Source: a virus (Duplodnaviria; Caudoviricetes). Taken from it: a DNA stretch of 64,000 bases. The first letter of the stretch is position 1, and the number at the start of each line of letters is the position of its first letter. Below the pieces are notes generated by a model. That model did not search any database, had not been told where the DNA came from, and was given only the letters and a program-made list of their open reading frames with translations. The position numbers were made by a program, and so were the translations under genes. Of this stretch, positions 45,423-55,595 are shown in pieces. Where the stretch lies: positions 1-64,000 of the IMG/VR virus record IMGVR_UViG_3300010429_000409; one strand, written 5' to 3'.

Positions 45423-47702
45423 TCACGCCACCGACTCAAAGATGCCCATCTTGCCGATCATGATGTTGAACCGCTCCACGGTGTCGGCCAGACGCAGGCT
45501 GATCTTGGCGTTCATGTCGCCAGCCGCCCGAGTGGCGTCGGTGTTGATCTCGCTGTCCACCTTGATGATGGCAGCATCCTCGAACGTCTTGCCACGGATG
45601 GCCCGCTTGCGCCACTCGGGCAGGAAGAAATCCTTGAGCGAGGTGACAGCCTTCTTGTCGGTGATGGGGTCATTCAACTGGAAGATGATCCAGTCAAAGT
45701 TTTCCTGGAGCACGTGCTCATAGTAGCTCATCAACTCCCGCTGGTGCTTGAACTTCCAGTTGGAGTCCACCCACAGGGTCCGATCACCCCAGATGATGAA
45801 GTTGCCCTTGACTTTCTTCACCACGTTGATGCCCAGCGGGTTCAGGTATTCCTCGTTGAGGATGGCATCCCCGGTCGGCAGCTTCAACACCTTGGGCAGG
45901 GTGGCAGTGATGCCTGCCTCGGCCATGTGGTAGCCCAGGTTGTCCTGAGCCATCCGCGCCTCCCGGCCGTGGATCTGGCCGGTGAGGGTGACCAGCTTGA
46001 GCTTGCCGGTGGTGCTGGCCTCGGGGTCAGCCACATAGCCATAGGACGGGAACGCCACCACAGCGAAGTCATTGCGCCCCAGGGTGTCGTTGATGTAGGC
46101 GTCCGCATCCGCCTCCGTCACCTTGTTGTCGGGCACCTCGTACCTGTACTGGTGGTTTTTGCCCTCAGCATAGGCAGCGCCCGCCTTCTGGACAGCGGTG
46201 GAGGTCACACCCGGGGTGGCAAACTTGATCAGCCCCATGTTCTTGCCAGCGATGCGGTTGAACGGGCTGTTGGACGTGTCCCAGGCCTGGCTGTTGTAGT
46301 CGCTGTCCAAGATGCTGGCATGGCCATCCCGGCCTCCGGCCATCTCCAGCGGGGCAACCACCATGAACTGATCATCGGCAGCCGCCACGCTGGTCATGTC
46401 GGAACCATCCGCCACGGTGATGGTCTTGTGGTCGTTGTCCACGATGCGATAGAAGGTGCGTGCCGAATTGGCCTTGTCGGGGTACACCACGCCATCGATC
46501 AGAGAATCCGGGGTGAGTGGCTTGTACACCAGCTTCATCACATCCCCGGCCTCCAACACGGTGGTGCCGTTGGTGATGGTAAACGGAGGGGTCCACTTGT
46601 TGTTGGGAGCGAACAGCGTGCCCACGGTGACCTCGCCCAGGGCACCGTACTTGTCCGACACAGCATCACCCAAGGTGGGCGCGGTCATGGTGATGGTGAT
46701 GATCTGCTCATCATGGTTGTCGGTGGTGGTGCCCAGCGCCACGGTCGGATCGGCATCCCCGGTCGTCACGCTGAACTCGTGGATGACAGGCGTCAGCACG
46801 GTGGCGGTGACCGTTCCGATCTTGCCCCACACATTGGCCGGGCGAACATCGGCCGCATGGGCGCCAGTCCAGAGGTCCACAGCCTCCACCTCATCGTTGT
46901 TGCCATCGTTGTTGATGACGTTCACCCAGTACCTGGGATCAGTCGGGTTGGTGGACAGGTTGGGCCACTTGTTCGCCAACTCGCCGTTGACGTACACGTA
47001 CAACCCAAACTCCGTGGTGGGCTTGTCCTCGCCGTCCCGCACCTCATAGGACAGCGCCTTGTCGCCGTTCTCCAGGTACAGATAGAACCGGAGATTGGTG
47101 GGATCGGCCGCAGCCGTCCAATCATCCTTCATGGTGGCATCGGCCGCCACGGTGATGACTCCGGCAACGGTGTTGCTCACCACCTCATACCGCTTGTTGG
47201 ACACGGCATCCAACTCCACCCAACCGCCCTTCAGCTCATCCTTCTTGAGGGTGAGGCCCGTGGTGAGGGTGACGTTGGTGATGTCGCCCGAGGCAGACAC
47301 ATCGCCCGTCCGCTTCTGCGCCGCGCCGCCCCACCTGCCGCCGTTCTTGGCCTTGAGGGTGCCCATGGGCGTCTTGATGATCTTGCGGCAGTACAGGGTG
47401 GCCTGGGCCTGCAGCTCATCCCCATCGGTGACTCGCACCAGGAAGATTCCGCCTGCGCCAAGGGCGCCATCATAGAAGTCGATGGCGGCATCAGGCACCT
47501 GGGACTCGGGGATGTATCCGCCGCACTTCTTGATGAAGGCGCTCTTGGAAGAGCACTGGATCAACTCCCCAACAGGCCCACGCTCCAGCATGCCAGCATA
47601 GCCAACCCAACCAAGCGCACCTGGCGTGATGGGCTTGTCACCTTCCAGCTCCGTGACGCTCACACCAGCCCCGCGCACTGGTCCATATCTCCGCTGTGCC
47701 AT
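45423..47702 (-). CDS. contractile tail sheath protein
   Basis: GVSVTE..G...I, ERGPV, LNPLGINVV...IWGDRTL...WKF...REL and F..ND C-terminal sheath motifs. Confidence 0.95.
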   Translation of the reverse strand: MAQRRYGPVRGAGVSVTELEGDKPITPGALGWVGYAGMLERGPVGELIQCSSKSAFIKKCGGYIPESQVPDAAIDFYDGALGAGGIFLVRVTDGDELQAQATLYCRKIIKTPMGTLKAKNGGRWGGAAQKRTGDVSASGDITNVTLTTGLTLKKDELKGGWVELDAVSNKRYEVVSNTVAGVITVAADATMKDDWTAAADPTNLRFYLYLENGDKALSYEVRDGEDKPTTEFGLYVYVNGELANKWPNLSTNPTDPRYWVNVINNDGNNDEVEAVDLWTGAHAADVRPANVWGKIGTVTATVLTPVIHEFSVTTGDADPTVALGTTTDNHDEQIITITMTAPTLGDAVSDKYGALGEVTVGTLFAPNNKWTPPFTITNGTTVLEAGDVMKLVYKPLTPDSLIDGVVYPDKANSARTFYRIVDNDHKTITVADGSDMTSVAAADDQFMVVAPLEMAGGRDGHASILDSDYNSQAWDTSNSPFNRIAGKNMGLIKFATPGVTSTAVQKAGAAYAEGKNHQYRYEVPDNKVTEADADAYINDTLGRNDFAVVAFPSYGYVADPEASTTGKLKLVTLTGQIHGREARMAQDNLGYHMAEAGITATLPKVLKLPTGDAILNEEYLNPLGINVVKKVKGNFIIWGDRTLWVDSNWKFKHQRELMSYYEHVLQENFDWIIFQLNDPITDKKAVTSLKDFFLPEWRKRAIRGKTFEDAAIIKVDSEINTDATRAAGDMNAKISLRLADTVERFNIMIGKMGIFESVA

Positions 47703-47708
47703 TTGTAT

Positions 47709-48953
47709 TTACCTCCCAAGTTCAAGGTTTGAATCGCCAGTCGTTTTCAGCGTTTTCACAGCGTATCCTGCCTTGCTGTCACGCAAGTAGAATACTGCTC
47801 CCGCTATGGTGAAGCGAATCCTGCCCGTGTTGAGGTCGGCCACATTGGGTGCGTTGCTTGATTCATACTCCCCGACCATCCACAGTCTGAATTCCTCATC
47901 CAAACCTGTGGATTTCAGCAACGGGTTATTCAGGAAAAATCGCTTGAATTCATCCGCCATCCGGGCTTGGTCTGTCGCTTTGTCAGTCACCAAAATAGCA
48001 GTGAAGTCAAAGTTGCCCTGAACAGGCGGAGGCAGCGTGACACCAATTCCGCTCGTTGGATCAATCACTGAATCTTGGCACCCGCGCTCCGTTCCGTTGA
48101 GAACAAAATCTTGGAGCAGAATGCATGGGACTTTTTTGATCTCAGTGTACGATTGGGATGTGGTGACTGCAACCTCGGGCTCGTATTGGAACCTGACCCA
48201 CACAGTTTTCCCAGCGTCCACAGAACCAGTCAGTGTGATCGTCTTGTTCGCAGGGTTCCATGAAGAGTAGATGTCCACCCAATGATTCGGGTCATCGGTG
48301 TGATTGAACACAGCGTCGATGGCAGCGATGTTGTAGGGTGTCTCCAACTTGTAGGCCACCCCGAGGTCCAGAGTGCTTGTGGCAGCCGTCAGCTTGATGG
48401 GATAATCAGCAATGGGCCTGATTCCGGAGCGCATCAGCGGGATCAACGATCTGAAGATCAAATCCTCCTGGAACTCAATCGTTGAATCCCAAAGCACCTT
48501 GGCCCTGTACAACTTGGGCGTGTATGCCTTGTTGTTCGTCTTGAGATTGATGATGACCTGCAGCTTCCGGGAAGTCACAGGGAAGGATGCGATGTGCGCT
48601 GACACTTCTGCTCCTGTGTTCCAGTGCGCAGTATCAACCACCCACGCAGAACCATTCCACCAACGCTCATTTGTCCCATCGCCCAATCGGAAGCCAAGGG
48701 CAGATTGGGCAACCCCATCAACCTTCGCATGCACTGCATCAACCTGGAAGAGCAGCCATTGGCGGAGGCTGGTTGGATCTGTCACCCAAGTCTTGGCATA
48801 CAAATCGTTGTCTGTGGGGTATTCCCCATTGATGTCAGCAATCAATTCCAAGCAGTGCTCTTCCTCGCTCAACCGAACGCTTGGCCCAAGAGTCATGCGT
48901 GGGCGCCGGTCGGAGGTGAACTCAAACAGCTTGATCATTTTCCGGGTGCGCAT
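47709..48953 (-). CDS. tail terminator/neck protein
   Basis: 414 aa immediately before the sheath; P.I.L motif in the C-domain; call is positional. Confidence 0.55.
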   Translation of the reverse strand: MRTRKMIKLFEFTSDRRPRMTLGPSVRLSEEEHCLELIADINGEYPTDNDLYAKTWVTDPTSLRQWLLFQVDAVHAKVDGVAQSALGFRLGDGTNERWWNGSAWVVDTAHWNTGAEVSAHIASFPVTSRKLQVIINLKTNNKAYTPKLYRAKVLWDSTIEFQEDLIFRSLIPLMRSGIRPIADYPIKLTAATSTLDLGVAYKLETPYNIAAIDAVFNHTDDPNHWVDIYSSWNPANKTITLTGSVDAGKTVWVRFQYEPEVAVTTSQSYTEIKKVPCILLQDFVLNGTERGCQDSVIDPTSGIGVTLPPPVQGNFDFTAILVTDKATDQARMADEFKRFFLNNPLLKSTGLDEEFRLWMVGEYESSNAPNVADLNTGRIRFTIAGAVFYLRDSKAGYAVKTLKTTGDSNLELGR

Positions 48954-49561
48954 CAGGCAGCACCTCGTTGAGCTTTGGACAGCGCATCAGTCCAAATCTT
49001 CTGCGCTCTGACTTGAAGGCTGGCCTTCTCAAACGTCATCTTGGCAAACGGTCGGGAGGGGATGATGATGTGCGTGGTGCCATCGCCCAGTGGCAACCAT
49101 CCGCCTGGCATCCTGCTCCACAACTCAGCAGCCCGGCCTTCCAGGTCAGTTGGATCAACCGAACCTTCGGAGGCCAGCCACAAGATGAAGAACAGCCCAC
49201 GCATCTTTGATGTCACAGCAATCTCAGCGCCCTCGTGCAGCGTCATGGCGATGTCATACACACCCGATGACCGGAGCACACCAACAAATACGCTGTAGTC
49301 ACGCTGGTACTGCGATGTGATGGCTTTGAACAGATACCCTTTGTCAACCAAAGGCTTGGTGGACTTCTTGATTGAAGTGGTCAGGTCCGCATTGGCTTCC
49401 ATTTTGCCATCACGGATGGTTTCACGCATCTCTTTTTCAGCCAGTTTGCCGACCACCTTGGTGGCCTTGCGCATGGCCATCCTGATGCGCTTCTGGAACA
49501 GTTTGCCGTTCCACGTCCGTTCCAACTTTCCCCATCCTGCATCCTTCTTGAAAGCCATCAT
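48953..49561 (-). CDS. tail completion / virion morphogenesis protein (HK97 gp10/Mu gpG-like)
   Basis: KPLVDKGYL..AI, A..LHEG and IPSRPF motifs. Confidence 0.75.
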   Translation of the reverse strand: MMAFKKDAGWGKLERTWNGKLFQKRIRMAMRKATKVVGKLAEKEMRETIRDGKMEANADLTTSIKKSTKPLVDKGYLFKAITSQYQRDYSVFVGVLRSSGVYDIAMTLHEGAEIAVTSKMRGLFFILWLASEGSVDPTDLEGRAAELWSRMPGGWLPLGDGTTHIIIPSRPFAKMTFEKASLQVRAQKIWTDALSKAQRGAA

Positions 49562-49965
49562 GCCCTCCCCTGCCTGGAAGGCTCCATGTCTCTGAAGTGC
49601 GCTTTCAGAAGGCTGGGACCGTCTTGATCTGGGTAGTGTCCACACCATTCAATCTTGTGAACATACACATCCGTCAGGACATGCCCCATTTGGATGAACC
49701 GATCATCCAATTGGATTGTCACGCTTGCGGCATCCAAATCAACTTTCCTGAACAGGATGTAGCCAGTTGACCTGACAACGATGCCGGCAAGGTCAGCTTC
49801 CATCCCGAGGTCCTGCGACCAATTGGGCTGTCCAACAACAGTGACCACTGTGTTCCTGGTGACCTTCTGGACAGGTTCACGGGTGTCATCATCCATGACG
49901 GTTTCGGTCTTGTTGATCTGTTCGATCTTGACCGCAACCGGGTGTATGAGGCGAGGCAGGACCAT
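49558..49965 (-). CDS. head closure protein
   Basis: 135 aa beta-rich ORF following the adaptor; call is positional. Confidence 0.55.
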   Translation of the reverse strand: MVLPRLIHPVAVKIEQINKTETVMDDDTREPVQKVTRNTVVTVVGQPNWSQDLGMEADLAGIVVRSTGYILFRKVDLDAASVTIQLDDRFIQMGHVLTDVYVHKIEWCGHYPDQDGPSLLKAHFRDMEPSRQGRA

Positions 49966-51047
49966 CAGTCATAGCTCCAATTGGCCGGAGTCGCCAACCC
50001 AATCGGTGCCCTGTACATCCTGATGATGTCCAGAACCTCGGGGTCATCTATGGCCCCGCTGAAGGCGCCGCTCGTGAGCAGGCTGTCGCTGAACCCGTAG
50101 CCAATCGAATGGCTGTCTGTGGTCTCAGAGGTCACAGGCCCAGCAATCCAACCAGGTGCCGTGGGATCAAAAATCTTCTCAGTCACCTTGGTGCACACCA
50201 TCTTCAACAGCGCCCGCTTGATCAACTCCGGGGTGGAACCATCGGCCTCGGTGAATCCAAAGATGCCCTTGACTTCTTGGTTCTGGTATCCACGCCTGAA
50301 CTTCAGCCTCCCGCCAGTCATCGGTGCTGTGAAAATGCTCTGTTGATAGTCAGGCCCGATGAGCTTGATTCGAGGGTTCCGCCTGTCATCAGGGTATCCT
50401 CGGGAATTGTACACCTTGTAGTACGCTGTGTCCAACACCTCAGATGAACCATTCAGCTTCAGATGGTCAACCTGGATGATGGGCACACCAAAAAACAGCG
50501 TGTCGCTGTCATTCCCATCCGCCATGACTGTGATCTGCTTGGGGATGAACCACTGGCGGCACGCCCGTTCCAACAGCTGCTGGAACATGGTGATGTAGGA
50601 CAACACCTTGACATCGCTGGCCATGGCCTCGGTGATTCCTTCGGCCCGAACATCTGCCACCTGGATGTAGGTGTCAGCCGTTCCGCCTCCGGACTCCACC
50701 AAAATCTCAACATCCTCTTCCCCAAGCTGGTAGGGTGCCGCGCTGGAAATCTTCCAGCGCCACTTCACACGATGCGTTCCGATGGGCTCTGCAACGCCAG
50801 GGGTCCACCCCTTTGCTGCCGCGTTGTCATATGCATAGTATGCACCCACACTGAAGTGCCCGACACCATCCGTGACATCTTCCCACTCATCCGGTGTGGC
50901 AGGGAAAACTTGGGTGCCCGGCAACCCTCCCGTGATGTCCCAGATTTGGAACTCAACCTTGAAGGCATCCGTCAGGACTCCGTTGACGGTGATGAACCAA
51001 TTGATGATGGACGGGGTGTTTTCCTGTCCACGTGCTAGTGCTGGCAT
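49965..51047 (-). CDS. head-tail adaptor protein with N-terminal extra domain
   Basis: YIQVADVRAEG...LERAC.QWF, DGN.SD.L, FG.TE...P.LI.RA, V.SE.TD.HS and II.MYR. Confidence 0.7.
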   Translation of the reverse strand: MPALARGQENTPSIINWFITVNGVLTDAFKVEFQIWDITGGLPGTQVFPATPDEWEDVTDGVGHFSVGAYYAYDNAAAKGWTPGVAEPIGTHRVKWRWKISSAAPYQLGEEDVEILVESGGGTADTYIQVADVRAEGITEAMASDVKVLSYITMFQQLLERACRQWFIPKQITVMADGNDSDTLFFGVPIIQVDHLKLNGSSEVLDTAYYKVYNSRGYPDDRRNPRIKLIGPDYQQSIFTAPMTGGRLKFRRGYQNQEVKGIFGFTEADGSTPELIKRALLKMVCTKVTEKIFDPTAPGWIAGPVTSETTDSHSIGYGFSDSLLTSGAFSGAIDDPEVLDIIRMYRAPIGLATPANWSYD

Positions 51048-51097
51048 TGGTCCACCACCCTTTCAACAGGCCTGATCTTGACTTGCTTCTGCGCCAC

Positions 51098-51484
51098 CTA
51101 CAGGATGCCGCCCCAAAAACCCTTCTTCACCTCGGCCTTGACCTTGGGAACATACACCGTCCTACGCTCCACCTCGGTGGGGTCGCCCTTGAAGGTGTAG
51201 GCTCCGGTGCCCGTGTCGCGCTTGAACTGCAACTCGTACACCACAGGCTCCGGATAGGGCGAGTCATCATCCATGGGGCCACGGACGTTCCGCATCACCT
51301 CCACCATGATCTTGTCGGTGAACACCTGGGCCGGATAGGCCATGTCCTTGTCCTTGCTGAACAGCCCTTTCTCAGCCAGGTGGCTGAGGCAAGGCTCTTT
51401 CAGGCTCTTGACGAACCCATCCAGGTCCTCACCTTCCATGAACGGCAGCGCCGCCTTCTCAACCATCACTTGGGTCTGTGCCAT
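51098..51484 (-). CDS. hypothetical head protein with scaffold-like C-terminal tail
   Basis: AGGAGG RBS; Y.L.F.RD.....F.G.P.EVER...Y motif; ends KKGFWGGIL. Confidence 0.7.
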   Translation of the reverse strand: MAQTQVMVEKAALPFMEGEDLDGFVKSLKEPCLSHLAEKGLFSKDKDMAYPAQVFTDKIMVEVMRNVRGPMDDDSPYPEPVVYELQFKRDTGTGAYTFKGDPTEVERRTVYVPKVKAEVKKGFWGGIL

Positions 51485-51507
51485 GACTTCCTCCTGTGAA
51501 CAAGATT

Positions 51508-51810
51508 TTAGGGCCATCTGCCTTCCGGGTCGAATGGACTGCCCTTCACGTCATCCAGCCCGATGATTCCTGCCTTGTCACGATAGAACGCCTGGATGAA
51601 GTCCCCCACCTTCGGGGCCACAAACATCTCAATGGCGTTGGGGGCAACTTCCGCCCAACCCAACCGTTCATCTGCCGCATCTTGGACCTGGCCATTGATC
51701 ATCACCTTGACGCTTCCGGGCTCGTACTGCGTTGGCGTTTGGAACGTCCGGTTGTGCCCATCGACACTCCCAGCAAGCTGAACCAGTCTGCTTTCCTTGT
51801 ACAGACCCAT
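51508..51810 (-). CDS. small beta-rich structural protein
   Basis: G.VDG.N.TF...Y.PGS.KV..NG....I....AP..GD.I...Y. Confidence 0.65.
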   Translation of the reverse strand: MGLYKESRLVQLAGSVDGHNRTFQTPTQYEPGSVKVMINGQVQDAADERLGWAEVAPNAIEMFVAPKVGDFIQAFYRDKAGIIGLDDVKGSPFDPEGRWP

Positions 51811-52310
51811 CAGCCCACCTTCTCAAACAGCCCATCGCTCATCTCACAGAACTTGCGCAGCCCTTCAGGCGTCACATTCTCAGGGTCCCAATCGCTGCCA
51901 TCCAGATACGGCTGGACAAACCTTGCCATCAACTCAGAACACACCTGGGCCTTGGTCGATGACAAGGGCTTTTTCACTTTCATCTTGAGCCAACGCCATG
52001 CGATGATGAACCACGCTGTCCAAAACAGGTCCACGTAGTCATAGGCGTTGCCAAAGTATTCCCGGATTGCTTCGCATCCCTTCTGCGGGTCTGCTTTCAG
52101 CCTGTATTCACAGACCACATTGTGCTTTGCCTTGTGGCTGGGGACCTTCCGAACGCCACCAATCGTTGCCTCTGCAACCCAGCGCCCGCCCCACAGCTTT
52201 GAATCATATTCCAGCATGGCATGGCTGACTGTCCCATTGGTCAGCCATCTGATGACCCGTCCAAACCAGGTCTTTGATGCCGTGAAAATGATTCGCACAT
52301 CCCTGGACAT
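51810..52310 (-). CDS. permuted papain-like NlpC/P60 hydrolase (YiiX/YebB, C92-like)
   Basis: I.W.T....SH, EA...GV, YD, CSEL and VTP.L; His precedes Cys as in the permuted family. Confidence 0.85.
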   Translation of the reverse strand: MSRDVRIIFTASKTWFGRVIRWLTNGTVSHAMLEYDSKLWGGRWVAEATIGGVRKVPSHKAKHNVVCEYRLKADPQKGCEAIREYFGNAYDYVDLFWTAWFIIAWRWLKMKVKKPLSSTKAQVCSELMARFVQPYLDGSDWDPENVTPEGLRKFCEMSDGLFEKVG

Positions 52311-53368
52311 CACGCAACTTCCTCGCTGTAGCTTGTACAATAGAAAGTGGCCGTGCCATATTCACCTTCATATGGCACATCACCTTCCAACCACACCCTG
52401 ATTTCCAATCCAATGGATGATAACAACTCTTTGACCGTTGCGTACTTGAACGGGAAGGTGATGCGATCCTGTGCGAATCCTCGGGCGCCACCCATCGCAG
52501 GGATCAACGGATATGCCCCATTGGCTTCCTCGATGTAGTTGTCCAATGTTTTGTAAGTGGTTGGGGCTGCAACCGGAACCTTGTTGGGAGGGTCTGCCGG
52601 GTTGTATGCCCATGGTTGAAAGTGCGTGCTGGCCTTGAGCAGAATGTCCTTGCTGAACTGCACTTCGCTGTATTCCACCCACAGCCGCTTTCCCGCCTCC
52701 GGCCTGATGATGAACAGGCTTCCAGCCGCCCGGCTGTAACTGGCTGTCACTGTGCGTCCGGCAACAGAAGCAAAGAAAGTCACCCGGCCGGTCTTGTAGT
52801 CAATCTGGAACAATCCGCCTTCTGTGGCCCACGGTGCGCGCTCTGTCTTTACCACGCCATCCACCTTCACAACAGGCAGATAGCCAGCAGAGATCAAATC
52901 CTCACGATAGACCTTGCCGTGTTTCATGTCAATCCAATTTGGAAAGGCAGAAACAAACGTCAACCCATCACCGCTGTCCACCAGATTTTCATTCTCCACT
53001 CGAACAGACTGGGTGTACCATGTGGTTGGGTCGCACCAGTTGTGCGTTACCACGACCAGTCCAGAACCAGCCTTGCGAGGCTCATGGCTGACCCGGAGCC
53101 GCCCATCATCGTCCTTTTCGGGCTGCACTCCTTGGTAGCCTCGAATCAGATCAATGGCCTCTCCAGCAGCATAGTCTCGCACCCCATCATTGAGCTGGTA
53201 GTTGGCCTCTCCCTGCCCAAGCAAAAGCAATAGGGTCTCAGATGTGGCCAGCTCATAGTTCGCAAAGCACACTGAGAGATCTGCTTGGTCATTCGCTGGG
53301 ATCTCCACGGTGCGCCGCCCGCACGTCACCTCACAGGTTTCAGCCGTCTTGTTCTTCAAGATTCTCAT
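52310..53368 (-). CDS. hypothetical structural protein
   Basis: 352 aa beta-rich; IDYKTGRVTF...VTASY module. Confidence 0.65.
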   Translation of the reverse strand: MRILKNKTAETCEVTCGRRTVEIPANDQADLSVCFANYELATSETLLLLLGQGEANYQLNDGVRDYAAGEAIDLIRGYQGVQPEKDDDGRLRVSHEPRKAGSGLVVVTHNWCDPTTWYTQSVRVENENLVDSGDGLTFVSAFPNWIDMKHGKVYREDLISAGYLPVVKVDGVVKTERAPWATEGGLFQIDYKTGRVTFFASVAGRTVTASYSRAAGSLFIIRPEAGKRLWVEYSEVQFSKDILLKASTHFQPWAYNPADPPNKVPVAAPTTYKTLDNYIEEANGAYPLIPAMGGARGFAQDRITFPFKYATVKELLSSIGLEIRVWLEGDVPYEGEYGTATFYCTSYSEEVA

Positions 53369-54555
53369 GTGGGCCTCGCTGAACAATAGAAGAATCCGTC
53401 AATCAACAGATTCTTCTGCCCGCCAATTCCGGTGGCGCTCACGTACACGGACACGGTGCCACTGACCGTTGGGATGTTGGTCGTGCTGGTCGCCCGGAGT
53501 ATGCCATCAATGTAGGCAGTGACCTCGGTTGGGCTGGACCGCACCTCCAGCACATGCCAGGCGTTGTCCAAAGCGATGCCAGTGTCCACGTTGGTCGAGA
53601 CACCGCCAGACCGTGTTTCTAGGACCCAGTTGCCACCCCAGTTGGCCCGCAGGAACACGTAGTTGTTGGCGTCGGCGTACTGGACCTCAAACTCGATGTG
53701 GCCGTTGCTGGTCCCGTCGTACTTGGCCCGCATCGCAATGCGGGGGTTCAAGTTCAACGCCTGCCAGGCAACCCCGCCTCCGAAGTACAGTTCAGCGTAA
53801 CGTCCTGCCGCATTCCCGGCCCGGACAAGTACCTGCCCACCAGGAAGCAATCCAACCTCCACCAGGCTTCCGGTGCCGCTCACTGAAGTGGTCCACATGT
53901 CATCCAAGGTTGGTGGGAAAAATTCGTCATAAAACCGAACTTCACCCGCAAAATAATCAGGCTCCGCTGCCAACAGCTTATTGACCAACACCCGCTTCTT
54001 GGCGTTGCTGGCCTCGCTGTCTTCAATCACCAGCAGGTCATGGCGATGAATCGCTGTCTTTTCTGTGATGGTGCTGATCTCAGCTGCCACGTTCTTGTGG
54101 ATGGCGTTGGCATCGGTTCCACCACCTCCAGGCAAATTCCCAACCTGGATTTTCTTCTTGGCACCTGCCGCTGCACTGTCCTCGATGAGCACCAGATCCG
54201 CACTCGCCGGAGTCGTTTTCTCAGTGAAGGTGGCGAAGTCCCCCGCTGCCCGCTTCAACTGGGCGTCATCGGTCACGTTGCCCAGTCCAACTTGGGAGCT
54301 TGCCCCGATGGTCCCGCTGTGCGCCGAACTTCCATGCACTGCTACCGCCGACACCACCGCATCCCAGGCCGTGTTCCCCGCATCCCGCTTGTAGAGTTTG
54401 ACTTCATCATCCCGCCAGAACATTTCATTGGCAGCAGGTGAATCCGGGAAGCTGGTGCCGTGTGGAATGGCCAGCTTGCCTGTGCCCTCGAACATCCACA
54501 CACCCGTGATGACTTTGTTTGCGCTGTCATCAATGATGACTTGGACTATGCTCAT
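53365..54555 (-). CDS. head-fibre/whisker-like protein with C-terminal lectin-like domain
   Basis: VGLGNVTDDAQLK fibre motif; two TEKT.....DL..IEDS....KK repeats; WH.LE......YIDG C-domain. Confidence 0.6.
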   Translation of the reverse strand: MSIVQVIIDDSANKVITGVWMFEGTGKLAIPHGTSFPDSPAANEMFWRDDEVKLYKRDAGNTAWDAVVSAVAVHGSSAHSGTIGASSQVGLGNVTDDAQLKRAAGDFATFTEKTTPASADLVLIEDSAAAGAKKKIQVGNLPGGGGTDANAIHKNVAAEISTITEKTAIHRHDLLVIEDSEASNAKKRVLVNKLLAAEPDYFAGEVRFYDEFFPPTLDDMWTTSVSGTGSLVEVGLLPGGQVLVRAGNAAGRYAELYFGGGVAWQALNLNPRIAMRAKYDGTSNGHIEFEVQYADANNYVFLRANWGGNWVLETRSGGVSTNVDTGIALDNAWHVLEVRSSPTEVTAYIDGILRATSTTNIPTVSGTVSVYVSATGIGGQKNLLIDGFFYCSARPT

Positions 54556-55013
54556 GGGGTGGCCCTCACAGCCGTCACGCTGGTCACCTTGCTTCCCAAG
54601 TATGCGTATGACTCCGTCACCCGTTCCACTTCATTCCCGCTCCCATCGTACTGGATGGTGACAACTTGGGATACCTTCCCGCTGGAATAGGCATACTGCT
54701 CTTCCCGGACCTTTTTCAACTTGCCGGATGTCTCCCAAGTCGTGACGTTGGTCACCTTCCCGCCTGTGTAGGTGTATTCTTCAAAAAAGTTTTCGGCCAG
54801 TCCGTGAACAAGTTGATCGAGGTTGCGGTGTTCTTCGGCTGTGATGCCGCTTCCACCTGTGCGAGGATTGAAAACACCAGCAGAATCTCGCAGCCTGAAG
54901 TCGCCACCAACCAGACGCATCCCGCCAACAGTTGTTGGATCTGAGCCTGCCTCTTCAAGCAGCAGGCCCTCCTCATCTGCCTCCCCAGGGAATCTGTCTG
55001 GCGTCTTGGGCAT
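54552..55013 (-). CDS. hypothetical structural protein
   Basis: H..LDQLVH motif and three Y.Y.G.KV..V repeats. Confidence 0.65.
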   Translation of the reverse strand: MPKTPDRFPGEADEEGLLLEEAGSDPTTVGGMRLVGGDFRLRDSAGVFNPRTGGSGITAEEHRNLDQLVHGLAENFFEEYTYTGGKVTNVTTWETSGKLKKVREEQYAYSSGKVSQVVTIQYDGSGNEVERVTESYAYLGSKVTSVTAVRATP

Positions 55014-55016
55014 TGA

Positions 55017-55535
55017 TCACTTTCTTCCCTTGCCCTTGCCCTTCCCCAGCTTCACCTTGCCTTGGAACATGGTCACAGGCGGAGGCTTGGGCGCTTCCTG
55101 CTCGGCATCCTCCGCCTCCATGCGCTGATGCCGCTCATACTTGAGCACGGTGTCATCGAATCGCTTGCCGATCTTCAGCGTCAACTGCTCCAACCCCATC
55201 AGCTTGCCTTGGGCCTTCAGCGCCTCGGCCCGACACTCCGCCTCGAATGACTTGATGTTGGTGGTGATGCGTTGGGTCTGCTCCATCCTGATCTTGGCCT
55301 CTTCAGGCGCCATGGTTCCCTTGTCCACAGCAGACTGAATGGCCTGGGCCTCCCCGAACACCCTGTTGGCAACCTGGTTGATGGCCGTGACCATCATCTT
55401 CTTGGTGTCAACATCCTTCCTGGTGCTGGCAATCTCAGCGTCGATGTCAAACGACACCTCCTGGATGCCTTCCAGCTTGGCACGGGTTCCGGGCTCCTTG
55501 ATCTCTTGCAGTGACTTGTTGTTCGCAGCTTCCAT
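55017..55535 (-). CDS. hypothetical coiled-coil protein
   Basis: 172 aa; AAGGAGG RBS. Confidence 0.7.
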   Translation of the reverse strand: MEAANNKSLQEIKEPGTRAKLEGIQEVSFDIDAEIASTRKDVDTKKMMVTAINQVANRVFGEAQAIQSAVDKGTMAPEEAKIRMEQTQRITTNIKSFEAECRAEALKAQGKLMGLEQLTLKIGKRFDDTVLKYERHQRMEAEDAEQEAPKPPPVTMFQGKVKLGKGKGKGRK

Positions 55536-55595
55536 GGGTTCCTCCTTGCTTGAGCCTTCAATACAAGGCCAATCGCAGTTGGTTGTTCGTTCAGC

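Noticed and set aside
29655-47702. Extracellular contractile injection system or tailocin
   Set aside because: Gene order is similar, but portal, capsid, tape measure and replication genes show a complete phage.
45387-47732. 781-aa plus-strand ORF (likewise 58116-59690, 13409-14830, 55833-57035, 56131-57411)
   Set aside because: Antisense shadows of high-GC3 genes that have clear motifs on the minus strand; no motifs of their own.
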